A stretch of DNA of 64,000 nt from Nitrospirota bacterium (GCA_963754875.1 CAVWHO010000007.1:64001-128000); one strand, 5' to 3'; shown: positions 9,109 through 20,806, counted from the first letter of the stretch. The notes: generated by a model from the sequence alone, not told the origin. Made by a program: numbers and translations.

Positions 9109-9887
9109 GACTTCATCTCGACCAATTTCCGGAATTGACGAAGATCCACCGTATGGTCGATGACCAACCGGGGGATATCATGCCGACTGCTTCCCAACAG
9201 ATAACGTTCGTTCTCGGATCTCAGAACGAAAGAAAACCCGGAGTGTCGGGCAATAGTGATGCTCCTCGCATCATGCAAATCGTAGGGCCAGGCCAAAATT
9301 TTCGCGGGCCGGCCCAGTTCTCTGGTTATAACTCTTTGAAACAGAGCAAGATCCTTACGCAATCTGTTATTTAATTCAATGAGTGCCATCGCCCGTGTTT
9401 TAGTGCCGTTCCAACGGTGGAGGCCGTAAGTATGGCAGCCGATTTCCACGATGCCGCTCTTAACGAGGTAACGGCATTCATCCCAGCTCAGCCGTGGATC
9501 GTTGCCCTCCACAAAGCCGCCCATGAACTCTCCGATAACATTGATCGTCGATTTGAACCCATAGTGTTGGAAAAGCGGAAAGGCATAGTCCATAAACGAC
9601 GCAAACCCATCGTCAAAGGTAATAATCACGGTCCGCTGAGCGCTCTCTGCATCAAGCTTATCAAGCTCTTCGAAGAAGATTGTCCGGTATCCTTCGTCGT
9701 GGAGCCATTCCATCTGAGCTGCAAAACGGGGCGGCAGCACCGTCTCCTCTTCTGTCGTAAAATGGGAAATGTCATGGTACGCAAGTATAGGGATGTGTAC
9801 GGCATTCGCAGGCCAGCATTCTGTGTATGACAGCGAGAGCACAGCAGCGCCGCCGAGTTTAAGGAATTCCCGCCGAGTCAGGTTCAT
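9105..9887 (-). CDS. Polysaccharide deacetylase (CE4, PgaB/IcaB-like) with Tat signal
   Basis: MNLTRREFLKLGG twin-arginine signal; YHD, TFDDG, HTYGLH and WPY motifs. Confidence 0.9.
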   Translation of the reverse strand: MNLTRREFLKLGGAAVLSLSYTECWPANAVHIPILAYHDISHFTTEEETVLPPRFAAQMEWLHDEGYRTIFFEELDKLDAESAQRTVIITFDDGFASFMDYAFPLFQHYGFKSTINVIGEFMGGFVEGNDPRLSWDECRYLVKSGIVEIGCHTYGLHRWNGTKTRAMALIELNNRLRKDLALFQRVITRELGRPAKILAWPYDLHDARSITIARHSGFSFVLRSENERYLLGSSRHDIPRLVIDHTVDLRQFRKLVEMKS

Positions 9888-12289
9888 GGAGCCTCCGGTA
9901 TCGTCCGAAGAATTTTCTGGTAAGAATAATAGCTTTCCTTCAAGAAGGTATGATAGATCGGCGTCTGCCACTCGTCCCACGAATACGTTTTAATGTGCTC
10001 CGGAAGGAGAACTGAAGGAAGGCTGTCGGTATGGTTGCCCGTTTTCCCGGTTTTACGGGCGATAAATTTACCTTCCTCCGGTTGATAGGAAATCGCAGCG
10101 AGTTTTACGCCAGCGGTCGTTCGTGTTGCGCTGTCTCGTTCATTCCACAAAATCATTTTCGAGCTGGGGTCCGTGACATTTATGAGTCCCCAGGGAATGC
10201 GAAGTTCGATCTTGTTATCGACGAAAAAGAAGTCCGCCAGGGAATTATAATCGCGACGTTTTACGTCAAGGCTGCCGAAACGGAGCCGGCTCATGGTAAA
10301 AACATGCGACGGGAAAAAATGTTTTCTGTCCTTGCTGATTCTGCGGTTGTTCGTGCCATTCTCCATCATGACCCAGGCGCCCTGGTCCGACTCTTCGGGC
10401 CGGACCGGGCCGTTGGGGCCATTGAGATATTTATCATATGCCGCCGTGACAAGGATTCTGCTGCTGTCCGTTCCGCAGAGATGAAGAAGAAAGGTGAACC
10501 CCACCGGACTCTTCAGGTCCAGCTCAAAGGGAAAAAGGCGCTCGCCCACACCGGAAGCGGAGGTGTCAAGTGCGATTAAAAAATTTGCCGTCTTAAAGTC
10601 GATCGTTCCCGCCGTTTCAAGGAGCAGGTAGAAATATCCCTCGTCATGCTGCGCGGACAACCGGACGAGGCGCCGCGCTTCATCGGACTCGTTGGCAAAC
10701 CGGAAGGCCATGGCGCCGTCGTTCTTTTCGTAGAGCGCAGGAACGCCGTTCCAGTCTTCTTTGCGGCAGGTAAGCTGTACCTTCTTTTCAGGGTAGCCGG
10801 GGTATGCTGCCAGAAGACCGTAATTTTCTTCAGGGTCCTGCGCGTTGAACCAGATCGGCTTCCGGTTTGCCGGGAGCTCTGCGTTTTCAAACAGCCAGTT
10901 CCTCTTAAACCACTCGTCAAACCAGCTGAACACGACCCCTCCGGCCATGCCTGACTCGTATACTGTTTTCATCAGGATCGCGTTGATCTCGCCCTGCTCC
11001 CGATCTCCGTGGCCGCCATGGTTCCACCCTTTCCGGTTCCAGTGCGCGATTTCCCGGCTGGAAGGAACGCCAAATTCTCCGATCACGATCGGCTGGCTGC
11101 CGTGATGTTTCTTCAGGGCAGCGAGGTAGGCGAAATAGGGGTTCTCCAGCTCAAGATAATCGTTGTTCATAAAATCGGGGTAATAGGGGTACACATGATA
11201 GAGCGCGAAAAATCCATTGCCTCTGCTCGATGTAATCTTTGCCAGATCAAGCGACTCCATGTCCTCATTCTCGTTGCAGGGCACCGGAGCCCCTTGCGGG
11301 AGTTTACCCTGCAGTCTAAATTCGTCCTCGTATAAAGATTCAGAGGGGTGATCGAGGGGATCGAGCGTCGGCCAGTTAACGGTCGTGACCGGGTGAGAGC
11401 AGTGATATTTTTCGTGCTCGTAGCTCTGCAAAAAATCGCACGTCTTCGTTATCCACTTTTCGAAGGGGGTTCCGTTTTTAATCTGCAAAAACTCGCCAAG
11501 GTAATCACCTGTCTTCCGGTCACGGCTCTCATTGTATCCCCTGACCGCGCAGCTCTCCCACTCCCTCCCGTTAATAAAGCCTGCGACATAAGACGAGACA
11601 TCGTATTCGTATCGCCCGCTGGCATACCCCGGACGTTCCGGCAGAACGGTGTTCCCGAAGATCACGTCCACGGCGTCCCTGATTTCGTTGAAGAACCCTT
11701 CTTTGAACCGGTCCTCGTCAAAATTGTTGTCTTCGGGAAGCTCCGTCCATATCTCCTGGAAGAGATAGAGCCTGTTTTCGGATGTATTAAAGCGATAGAG
11801 CGCTTCGTAAAAGTCAGGCGGAAGAATAGCATAGACCCTGACGGTATTTGCGCCGAGCTCGGTTATCTGTTGAAACCATTTTAGGTAGGTCCCTTTTTTC
11901 ACCGCATATTCACCCGGGAGACAGCCGGGGAGGCCGAGACCGATGTTCACACCTTTGACGAAAAATTTTTTCCACGTGCTGTCGAGAATCTCCAGGGAAT
12001 CCTTCCCGGCCCGGAATCGGGAGCGCCGGTGTGCGGGTGGTTTGGCGCTATGCGCCTGATCGATGGCGCCGATGAATTCCCGTGCTTCCTTGTTTTCCGG
12101 TTTCAGTTCCAGCGCCTGCGTAAAAGCCATGCGGGCGGTGGGGAAATCGCCGAGGTGATAGTGTGCGACCCCAAAGCCGAGGAAAGCGTCGGAATCTTTT
12201 CCCCGGTCGAGCGCCCGCTTGAAAATGTTGATGGCCTCCTGATAGTCTCCCTTTTTGACGGCCAAAAAACCAAGATCCACGATATTCAT
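9884..12289 (-). CDS. TPR plus clan GH-A-like TIM-barrel glycoside hydrolase
   Basis: N-terminal TPRs; VKGVNIG, GANTVRVY, GREWE, IGEFG and WFDEWFK motifs; start overlaps the GT2 stop (ATGA). Confidence 0.75.
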   Translation of the reverse strand: MNIVDLGFLAVKKGDYQEAINIFKRALDRGKDSDAFLGFGVAHYHLGDFPTARMAFTQALELKPENKEAREFIGAIDQAHSAKPPAHRRSRFRAGKDSLEILDSTWKKFFVKGVNIGLGLPGCLPGEYAVKKGTYLKWFQQITELGANTVRVYAILPPDFYEALYRFNTSENRLYLFQEIWTELPEDNNFDEDRFKEGFFNEIRDAVDVIFGNTVLPERPGYASGRYEYDVSSYVAGFINGREWESCAVRGYNESRDRKTGDYLGEFLQIKNGTPFEKWITKTCDFLQSYEHEKYHCSHPVTTVNWPTLDPLDHPSESLYEDEFRLQGKLPQGAPVPCNENEDMESLDLAKITSSRGNGFFALYHVYPYYPDFMNNDYLELENPYFAYLAALKKHHGSQPIVIGEFGVPSSREIAHWNRKGWNHGGHGDREQGEINAILMKTVYESGMAGGVVFSWFDEWFKRNWLFENAELPANRKPIWFNAQDPEENYGLLAAYPGYPEKKVQLTCRKEDWNGVPALYEKNDGAMAFRFANESDEARRLVRLSAQHDEGYFYLLLETAGTIDFKTANFLIALDTSASGVGERLFPFELDLKSPVGFTFLLHLCGTDSSRILVTAAYDKYLNGPNGPVRPEESDQGAWVMMENGTNNRRISKDRKHFFPSHVFTMSRLRFGSLDVKRRDYNSLADFFFVDNKIELRIPWGLINVTDPSSKMILWNERDSATRTTAGVKLAAISYQPEEGKFIARKTGKTGNHTDSLPSVLLPEHIKTYSWDEWQTPIYHTFLKESYYSYQKILRTIPEAP

Positions 12290-13716
12290 CGGTGGCCGCC
12301 TTTCTCGTCCCGTCTTCCCTTGTGCTGGACATGTTCCCAATGGGTTCTGCCGGTCAGGAAGTTTACTACCGCCTGCAGCCGCCAGAATGAATTGATCTGG
12401 CGGTATCCAAAGTTCTCTAATACGCCGTACAGCAGGAGCAGGAACAGGTGCCGCCACCGGGGATACCGCCGGTAGGTGATTTCTTCCAGAAAAACCCCGG
12501 CAGTCGACAGAAACACTCCGTACAATATGGCCAGGGTGAGAAAGAGGATAAGAAACTTAATGCTCAGGATTCCCACGACATACGAAAGCGGCACTACGAA
12601 ATACCCCAACACTTCTATGAGGGGGCCCAGGACCTCAAAAAATACATAATAGGGCATTACAATCATGCCGATGATCCCATACCGCGGATTCAGCAGCATC
12701 TCACTGTTCTCACAAATGCTCTGGATCAACCCGAGGTGCCACCGCCGCCGCTGGCGAGCCAGCATTTTCATATTTACCGGTACCTCGGTCCAGCAGATGG
12801 GGTCCGAGATAAACCGTATATGGTACGGTTTTCCCTGACTCCGCTTGTACCGGTGAAGCCGGACGATCATCTCCATGTCCTCCGATACGTTCCACATGCT
12901 GAATCCGCCCGCGTCGATAACCGTTTGCTTGTGAAACATCGAGAAGGTACCGGAGAGAATGAGCAGGGAATTCAACGTGTCCCATCCGACGCGCCCGAAC
13001 ATGAACCCCCGGATGTACTCCACGATCTGGAAGAGAACGAGTCTTTTCTTCGGGAGTTCGATCTCCTGTATCGTGATGTCGTCCTTGACCACGACACCGT
13101 TCAGGACCCGGACAACACCGCCGCACGCGACGACCGGCACATTGCTGTCGAGCACAGGGGCCATGATCCTGATAAGCGCATCTTTTTCGAGCAGGGAGTC
13201 CGCGTCCACAGAGCAGAAGTAGGGGCTGCGCGATGCGTTTATGCCGCAGTTCAAGGCATCGGACTTGCCACCCTGGTCCTTATCGATTACGAGCAGATTC
13301 GACGTCTCTTCTCCGGCGTAGAAGCCCCTCACTTTTTCGGTCTCGAGGAACTCCCGGTACACGCGGTCGATTTTCGCGAGCCGGAACTTTTCTATCACTG
13401 TCCTCAGCGTGTCATCGTCCGAACCGTCGTTGATCACGATCACTTCGAACAAGGGATAATCACAGGCAAGTGCCGCGCGCACGCTCTTGCACACGACGTT
13501 TACTTCGTTGTGCACCGGGATCAGGATCGAGACGGGCGGGGTCTGCGAGGATAAATTAAAGTCCCTGATCGGTGCATATTTGATTCTTTGAATGTGCCGC
13601 AGAATGGAGAAAAGGGACAGCGCCAGGAGACCTGCGTAAATGGTGTTCACGACGCCGAAGTAGGCTCCGACAAAGTAGTTGAAACCCAGGATGAAGGTGA
13701 CGACGACTTCTCTCAT
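12286..13716 (-). CDS. Processive family 2 glycosyltransferase (PgaC/IcaA-like synthase)
   Basis: NDGSDD, GGKSDALN, VDADS, SED and QRRRW motifs; flanking TM helices. Confidence 0.92.
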   Translation of the reverse strand: MREVVVTFILGFNYFVGAYFGVVNTIYAGLLALSLFSILRHIQRIKYAPIRDFNLSSQTPPVSILIPVHNEVNVVCKSVRAALACDYPLFEVIVINDGSDDDTLRTVIEKFRLAKIDRVYREFLETEKVRGFYAGEETSNLLVIDKDQGGKSDALNCGINASRSPYFCSVDADSLLEKDALIRIMAPVLDSNVPVVACGGVVRVLNGVVVKDDITIQEIELPKKRLVLFQIVEYIRGFMFGRVGWDTLNSLLILSGTFSMFHKQTVIDAGGFSMWNVSEDMEMIVRLHRYKRSQGKPYHIRFISDPICWTEVPVNMKMLARQRRRWHLGLIQSICENSEMLLNPRYGIIGMIVMPYYVFFEVLGPLIEVLGYFVVPLSYVVGILSIKFLILFLTLAILYGVFLSTAGVFLEEITYRRYPRWRHLFLLLLYGVLENFGYRQINSFWRLQAVVNFLTGRTHWEHVQHKGRRDEKGGHR

Positions 13717-14971
13717 CGGTCAGCACCTGACGCGAGGAGGTGCCGCACTTCCTGCTTGATCCGCTCGTTTTTGCCGGCCTCCACGTACGCCAGGAGCGGA
13801 ATGGAAAACCGGAGAGAATGCATGAGTCGCAATATTTCTTGGCATTTTGCCCGCAATGTCTCGTCGGCGTCGTCAAGATGCTCGATCAGCCAATTGGAGA
13901 ATCGTGTTTTCTCGATCTCTTCGCAGATGCTCTCCTTAGCATAGACGTCTTTCGTCTTGAGTGCGTCATAAAACACGTCAATTGCGCAGCCACCGATGCG
14001 CGTCAAGGCAAGCGCTGCCTCGCTCCTCACTTGCCAGTTATCGTCGAAGAGGAGCTTTTCGAGGAGCTTCGCCGCCGATTCACAGGACGTCTTGTTGACT
14101 GATTTGACGGCCTGAAGTCTCACGAACCAGACCGGATCTTGCAGGAGAGGCACGATGAGGTCGGATGCCTGGGATGAAATGGCGTACCCGTCGCTCCCGA
14201 TCACTTTGAGCGCCTTGCTCCTCACCTCGGCGTTGGTGCTTCCCAGATTGTTGATAGCCAGGGACAAGGATCGCGGATCAGACGGCAGGAACGAAAGCAT
14301 TTCGAGAACGCAGGAGAGCACCCAGGCATCTTCATGGTTCTCGCGATAATCGGTGAGGTACGGTATGGCCTCCCCGCCGAAGTTGAGAAGCGCTGTTTCC
14401 ATTGCTTTTCGCGTTACCAGCGATTTACCGAGGAGAACCGGCAGCCGCTCGACGATGGCCACGAGCCCTTCCTTCGCGCGGAGCCTGCTCAGTGCGCGAA
14501 CTGTCACGGACAGGATCTCAGGGTCGTCGTCATCGAGCAGCGGGATAAGACTCGACGTGGCTAGTAAGCACCCCATTTTCCCGAGCTTGTCAATGGCGGA
14601 CGCCCTGTCCAGCACGTTTCTGCGATCGAGTCGGTTCCCGTAAAATTCCACGTACCCCAGTCTTTGGAACAGTGCTTTTACTTCATCGGTGGAGCGATTC
14701 TCGTTCGCAGTTCGAGCAGCACCTCTTCAACAGCCTGCCACGCGAGCGAACCCGGCCTGGAGCGGAACATGTTCTCGTCTGCTACGATCACGCCCGATGC
14801 AATTGCCTGCTGCACACGGTTCCGATACGTGTCGCGAAGGGCGTCCAGCCGGCGATGCTTTCGGCTATGCCGCACCCGCCGCAGAATACTCGCGAGCAGA
14901 AGGATAGCGGTCAACAGCGTGATGGACACAATGGCAATGATAATTATGATGATCATCACGTTGTCGTGCAT
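13713..14971 (-). CDS. Membrane-anchored HEAT-repeat protein, one frameshift near 14708
   Basis: TM N-terminus (14678-14971) joins the HEAT ORF (13713-14651) if one base is restored: ELANENRSTDEVKALFQRLGYVEFY; repeats LLDDDDPEI, LLQDPVWFVR, LLFDDNWQVR. Confidence 0.8.
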
Positions 14972-15000
14972 GGCTGGTGAAGGGTTCTCCAGATATCGGT

Positions 15001-15702
15001 TTAGGATGTCCGCGGCAGCAAACCGTTGTCCTTGAAGCTGAAATGGCCGCCGTCGCCGATGATGATGTGGTCGAGGACCTGAATGCCGAGCACTTCCCCG
15101 GCTTGGACCAGCCGCTTGGTGAGCAGGATGTCCTCCCGGCTCGGGTTGATGTCTCCGCTCGGATGATTGTGGATGAAGATGACCGCAGCGGCAGATTCCC
15201 GGATAGCGGCCTTGAAGGTATCGCGAGGATGCACGATGGAGGCTGTGAGACTGCCGATCGAAACGATTTCCTCTCGAAGGATCTTGTTCTTGGTATCAAG
15301 CAGGGCGCACCGGAACATCTCTTTCTTGGCGTCCTTCATTCGGGGCCGGTAATATTCGACCACGTCGAGGCTGGAGCAGAACGACGCTCCGGCAAGGCTC
15401 GGTTTCTGGTAGCGCCGTCCCAGCTCGATCGCCGCCTTGATCTCCGCGGCCTTGGCCGGTCCGATTCCCTGGACGCCGCACATTTCCGTGATGCTCGCCT
15501 GTTCGATACCGGCAAGGCTTCCGAAGCGTTCCAGGAGCTCCCTGCCGAGGTCCACGGCCGTTCGGCCGGCCTTGCCGTTCCGGATCAGAATGGCAAGGAG
15601 CTGTGCTTCGGAGAGCGTTGACGGGCCGTGTGCGATCAACCGTTCTCGGGGCCTTTCATCTTCAGGCCAGTCTTTAACGCTCTTGTTTCCGGTGAGGGCC
15701 AT
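15001..15702 (-). CDS. radC: RadC / UPF0758 JAB-domain protein
   Basis: WPEDERPRERL, HhH motif GIGPAKA, HNHPSGD, LDHIIIG. Confidence 0.95.
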   Translation of the reverse strand: MALTGNKSVKDWPEDERPRERLIAHGPSTLSEAQLLAILIRNGKAGRTAVDLGRELLERFGSLAGIEQASITEMCGVQGIGPAKAAEIKAAIELGRRYQKPSLAGASFCSSLDVVEYYRPRMKDAKKEMFRCALLDTKNKILREEIVSIGSLTASIVHPRDTFKAAIRESAAAVIFIHNHPSGDINPSREDILLTKRLVQAGEVLGIQVLDHIIIGDGGHFSFKDNGLLPRTS

Positions 15703-15801
15703 TATGGCTCCCCGCTATCATATATCGGCACTTGTCCACCAATCCGCGAAAAGCCGTTCCTTATCGATGAATTATAGATTGGACTTCAGGAGCTGTCAAA
15801 C

Positions 15802-15833
15802 AAAAAAGGCGGCTGATCGTTCAGCCGCCTTTT
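15802..15833. terminator. Intrinsic terminator after rubredoxin
   Basis: A6-GGCGGCTGA tcgt TCAGCCGCC-T4. Confidence 0.8.
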
Positions 15834-15854
15834 CCCGGTCTTCTGTCGTTCACG

Positions 15855-15986
15855 TTACATTTCCACAAACGCGTCCTTGGGCGCATTGCACACCGGGCAC
15901 GCCCAGTCGTCGGGAAGGTCTTTAAATTTTTTCCCCTCTTTTGCTTCGTCATACACGTACCCGCATACGGTGCATCTCCACATCAT
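15855..15986 (-). CDS. Rubredoxin (43 aa, short type; not in ORF track)
   Basis: [43 protein letters not shown] with GAGGAGG SD. Confidence 0.95.
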   Translation of the reverse strand: MMWRCTVCGYVYDEAKEGKKFKDLPDDWACPVCNAPKDAFVEM

Positions 15987-16027
15987 CGCCTCCTCAAGAA
16001 ACTAATTACTGCAGACCGCGGTCTTGT

Positions 16028-17272
16028 CTACGACCGGCACTCGCCTGACAGATTGCCATCGAATTTTTTGTGGTATTCCTTTGTTCTTTCCGCAAACCGC
16101 TTGCCGAATTCAAAACAGGTCTCATCGTCTTCGGTGCTGGGACGGTACAGGACCTCGACGCCGGGCTCGACCGTTTCCAGCCCCATTTTTTTAAACGTCT
16201 CGTAGGCTTCCTTGACCGCGCCTCCTCCCCACCCGAAGCTGCCGAACGCCCCCGCGAGCCGGTTCTTCGGCCGAAGGCCCCGCAAGTGCGTGAGGAACTC
16301 GGCTACCGACGGGAACATGATGTTATTGAGCGTCGGCGTGCCGATCAGCATGGCCCGCGACTCCCAGACCCGCTTGATCGCGATGCTCATGGGTGTTGCC
16401 CGGAGCTTCAGGACTTCCACGTCGACGCACGCGGCTTGGATCCCCTGCATGAGCGGTATGGTCATGTGCTCCGTGCTGTGCCACATCGTATCATAGATAA
16501 TGACGACGCGAAGGTCTGCCTTGTCATTGGCCATGTCGAGATACATCTGCAGGATCTTGCCGGGGTCTTTTCTCCAGATGATTCCGTGGTCAGGGGCGAT
16601 CATATCGATGTCGAGGCCAAGCTTCTTAATTTCAGCGATCTTCGCCTTCACGAGGGAGCCGAAGGGCATGAGAATGTTCGCGTAGTAGTCGCGGACGGCG
16701 TGTTCGAGTGCGGTAACCGAATACTGGTCGCAGTAATCGTCGTCGAACCGCGCCGACGAAGCAAGGTGCTGGCCGAAGGCGTCCTGGCTGATCAGGAGCT
16801 TGTCCTCTTTGACGTAGCTCATCATGGAATCAGGCCAGTGGAGCATCGGTGTTTCCAGGAAAGTGATCGTCTTTTTCCCCGTGTTCAGGGTGTGGCCGGT
16901 CTTGACGATCTTGAAGGTCCATTTCGAAGTGTCGAAAAACCGGTCCAGGGCCTTTTTCCCGCGCTCGGTAATATAAATGGTGGCTTGCGGGGCGAGCACC
17001 ATGATGCGGTCGATGCTCGAAGCATGGTCGTTCTCGATGTGGTTTATGACGATGTTCTCGATCTTGGCGGGATCGACAAGGCTTTTGATATTGTCGATGG
17101 TGTATTCGCAGAAATCGTGCTTGACGGTGTCCACGAGCGTGACGTGGTCGTCGAGGATGAGATAGTTGTTGTAGGACGTGCCGTGCGGAGTGATGTAGCC
17201 GTGAAAATCGCGCACCGCCCAGTCGATTGCTCCAACCCAAAAAATATCCGGTTTAATTTCTACTGCACGCAT
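16028..17272 (-). CDS. fprA: Flavodiiron protein (FprA; O2/NO reductase)
   Basis: NHIENDH, LHWPD, DAFGQH and PDHG motifs plus flavodoxin domain (YDTMWHST, FGSFGWGG). Confidence 0.93.
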   Translation of the reverse strand: MRAVEIKPDIFWVGAIDWAVRDFHGYITPHGTSYNNYLILDDHVTLVDTVKHDFCEYTIDNIKSLVDPAKIENIVINHIENDHASSIDRIMVLAPQATIYITERGKKALDRFFDTSKWTFKIVKTGHTLNTGKKTITFLETPMLHWPDSMMSYVKEDKLLISQDAFGQHLASSARFDDDYCDQYSVTALEHAVRDYYANILMPFGSLVKAKIAEIKKLGLDIDMIAPDHGIIWRKDPGKILQMYLDMANDKADLRVVIIYDTMWHSTEHMTIPLMQGIQAACVDVEVLKLRATPMSIAIKRVWESRAMLIGTPTLNNIMFPSVAEFLTHLRGLRPKNRLAGAFGSFGWGGGAVKEAYETFKKMGLETVEPGVEVLYRPSTEDDETCFEFGKRFAERTKEYHKKFDGNLSGECRS

Positions 17273-17331
17273 GACAGCCTCCTCTCGTTGGTCTCATGGG
17301 TTCGTACAAACACGGCGTCCGGAGGGCGTCA

Positions 17332-17752
17332 CTACGCTTTTTTCTTCTTGCAGGCCGTGCAAAAACCGTAAAATTCAACGTGGTTACCCAGAATCGGTGA
17401 ATTGCTCCGCCATCTCTTTCGGAAGCTCAACGCCGATTTCCCCGGGGATATCAACGATGGCGCCGCACAGAACACAGATAAAATGATGATGGCGGCTGGT
17501 ATCGGGATCATACCGTTTTCGTTCCGGGTCGATCGTCAGCTCCCTGAGCGAGCCTGCCTGAGTGAGCGTATTCAGCGTATTATACACCGTCGCGAAAGAC
17601 ATGGATTGATGCTTTTTCGACACTACCCGATAGATGTCCTCTGCAGAAGGGTGAGACGTATTGCCCTCCAGATACTCCAGAATTGCCAGCCGCTGGGGAG
17701 TACGCTTGAATCGCCTCACACTCTCGTTCTTTTGGGTCTGCCTTATAATCAT
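17332..17752 (-). CDS. perR: Fur family regulator, PerR-like; one extra base near 17396
   Basis: TPQRLAIL, HPSAEDIY, ATVYNTL and HHHFICVLC; removing one C restores TILGNHVEFYGFCTACKKKKA*. Confidence 0.85.
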
Positions 17753-17766
17753 AGGAACACGATAAA

Positions 17767-17803
17767 TTAGAATAAATATAAACTATAAAATTGTTCCTGT
17801 CAA
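17767..17803 (-). promoter_or_regulatory. Sigma70 promoter overlapped by a Per/Fur box
   Basis: TTGACA-17-TATATT on the minus strand; TTAGAATAAATATAA at 17767-17781 has 2 mismatches to TTATAATNATTATAA. Confidence 0.7.
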
Positions 17804-17850
17804 GCCCGGCAACGGGGGTGAAGGGACACCATGTTTTGGCCGCTCTCATG

Positions 17851-17882
17851 AAAAAAGGCAGTCCCCATGGGGCTGCCTTTTT
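17851..17882. terminator. Intrinsic terminator after the atp operon
   Basis: A6-GGCAGTCCC cat GGGGCTGCC-T5. Confidence 0.8.
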
Positions 17883-17911
17883 GTAGTACCGATACTTGCT
17901 CTGGGTGCTCC

Positions 17912-18364
17912 CTATTTTTGGCCGTGCTTCTCAGCCACCTGGATCCTGATCATGGCACGAAGCAACTCGATGCGGTTTTTCTCGTAATCGACCTGCTCCA
18001 GTTTTTCGCTCAGCGCTTTCTCGGCCCGCTCCTTGGCCTGTCGGGCCTCGGCGATGTCGATGTCGGAAGCGCGGTCGGCCCCTTCCGCGAGAACGATGAC
18101 CCGGTCGGCGCCCACTTCGGCATACCCCCAGTCAACGGCGAGGTGGTGCCACTGGGTCCCTTCGCGGTAGGACAGCATGCCGACCTTAAGCGTCGTCAGG
18201 AAGGGCGTGTGGCCCGGCAAAACGCCGAACTCGCCTTCGCTGCCCGGAGCGATCACTTCGTCAACGCGTTCCGAACGGACCACCTGGCGGCTCGGCGCAA
18301 CGATTTCGAGGAGCATTTTTCCTTTTTCAGCGACCATCTTCTTTTTCCATTCTTCAGTGCTCAT
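17912..18364 (-). CDS. atpC: ATP synthase F1 epsilon subunit (alternative start 18337)
   Basis: PGSEGEFGVLPGHTP motif; position after atpD. Confidence 0.93.
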   Translation of the reverse strand: MSTEEWKKKMVAEKGKMLLEIVAPSRQVVRSERVDEVIAPGSEGEFGVLPGHTPFLTTLKVGMLSYREGTQWHHLAVDWGYAEVGADRVIVLAEGADRASDIDIAEARQAKERAEKALSEKLEQVDYEKNRIELLRAMIRIQVAEKHGQK

Positions 18365-18437
18365 TTTGGTTCAGGATACATGATCCACGATCCATGATAA
18401 AAACCGGACCGCATCCTGCATCCTGGATCGTTTCTTA

Positions 18438-19883
<1,446 letters not shown>

Positions 19884-19922
19884 TCAAAAAATGAATTGCA
19901 AATTTACTATTTCAATAAATTA

Positions 19923-20789
19923 TTACTTTTGCGCTTCCGCCCCGCCCACGATCTCCGAAATCTCCTTGGTGATCGCAGCTTGGCGCTGTTTATTGAACTT
20001 CAGCGTGAGCCTTTCGATCATGTCCTTGGCATTCCGTGTGGCAGAGTCCATAGCCGTCATCCGTGATCCCATCTCGCTCGCCTGGCTCTCAAGCATCGAG
20101 CGGTATACCTGCACCTCGATGTGTTTCGGCAGGATGGACCCGAGGATCGCCTCCGGGCTCGGTTCATAGAGGTAGTCGACAGCGGCCATGAACGGGTCTG
20201 CTTCCGCCGGCGGCTCCACCGGAAGGAGTTTCTCAAGCGTAACTTTCTGCTGCATCACACTCTTGAACTCATTGTACAGGAGATACACTTCGTCAGTCTC
20301 ACCTGCAGTAAAACGGTCGACGATATTCTTGCCCACATCGGCGGCCTTCTCGTATTCGATCATGCCGAGATCGGACCACACTTTGCCGAGGGTGTAGGCT
20401 GACCGCTTGCGGAAGAAGTCGCGCCCTTTTCTGCCCACGACATTCACCTTTACTTGCTTGCCTTCAGCGGTGAACTGCTTGACCGCTTCCACGGCTTTGC
20501 GCAGGATATTGGTATTGTATGCGCCGCAGAGACCCCGGTCCGAAGTAAGGACCAGGAGCTTCACCTGCTTGGGCTCTCGTTTTGCCAGGAGCGGATGCTG
20601 AGCCCGCTCAACACGGCCCGCGAGATTCGCGATAACAGCAAGCATCTTGCGCGAGTACGGCCGCGCCGCGATCACGCGTTCCTGGGCGCGGCGGAGCTTC
20701 GCCGCTGCCACCATCTTCATGGCCTTGGTGATCTGCTGGGTCTTCTTGACGCTCGTGATCTTTCTTTTAATGTCTCTTAAGCTGGGCAT
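19923..20789 (-). CDS. atpG: ATP synthase F1 gamma subunit
   Basis: ITKAMKMVAAAK, SDRGLCG and RQAAITKEISEIVGGA motifs. Confidence 0.99.
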   Translation of the reverse strand: MPSLRDIKRKITSVKKTQQITKAMKMVAAAKLRRAQERVIAARPYSRKMLAVIANLAGRVERAQHPLLAKREPKQVKLLVLTSDRGLCGAYNTNILRKAVEAVKQFTAEGKQVKVNVVGRKGRDFFRKRSAYTLGKVWSDLGMIEYEKAADVGKNIVDRFTAGETDEVYLLYNEFKSVMQQKVTLEKLLPVEPPAEADPFMAAVDYLYEPSPEAILGSILPKHIEVQVYRSMLESQASEMGSRMTAMDSATRNAKDMIERLTLKFNKQRQAAITKEISEIVGGAEAQK

Positions 20790-20806
20790 GATTTAGTCCT
20801 ACTTTA

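Noticed and set aside
15001..15702. radC as a mobile element or defence island marker
   Set aside because: Full-length chromosomal type with HhH domain; no integrase or other mobile genes nearby.
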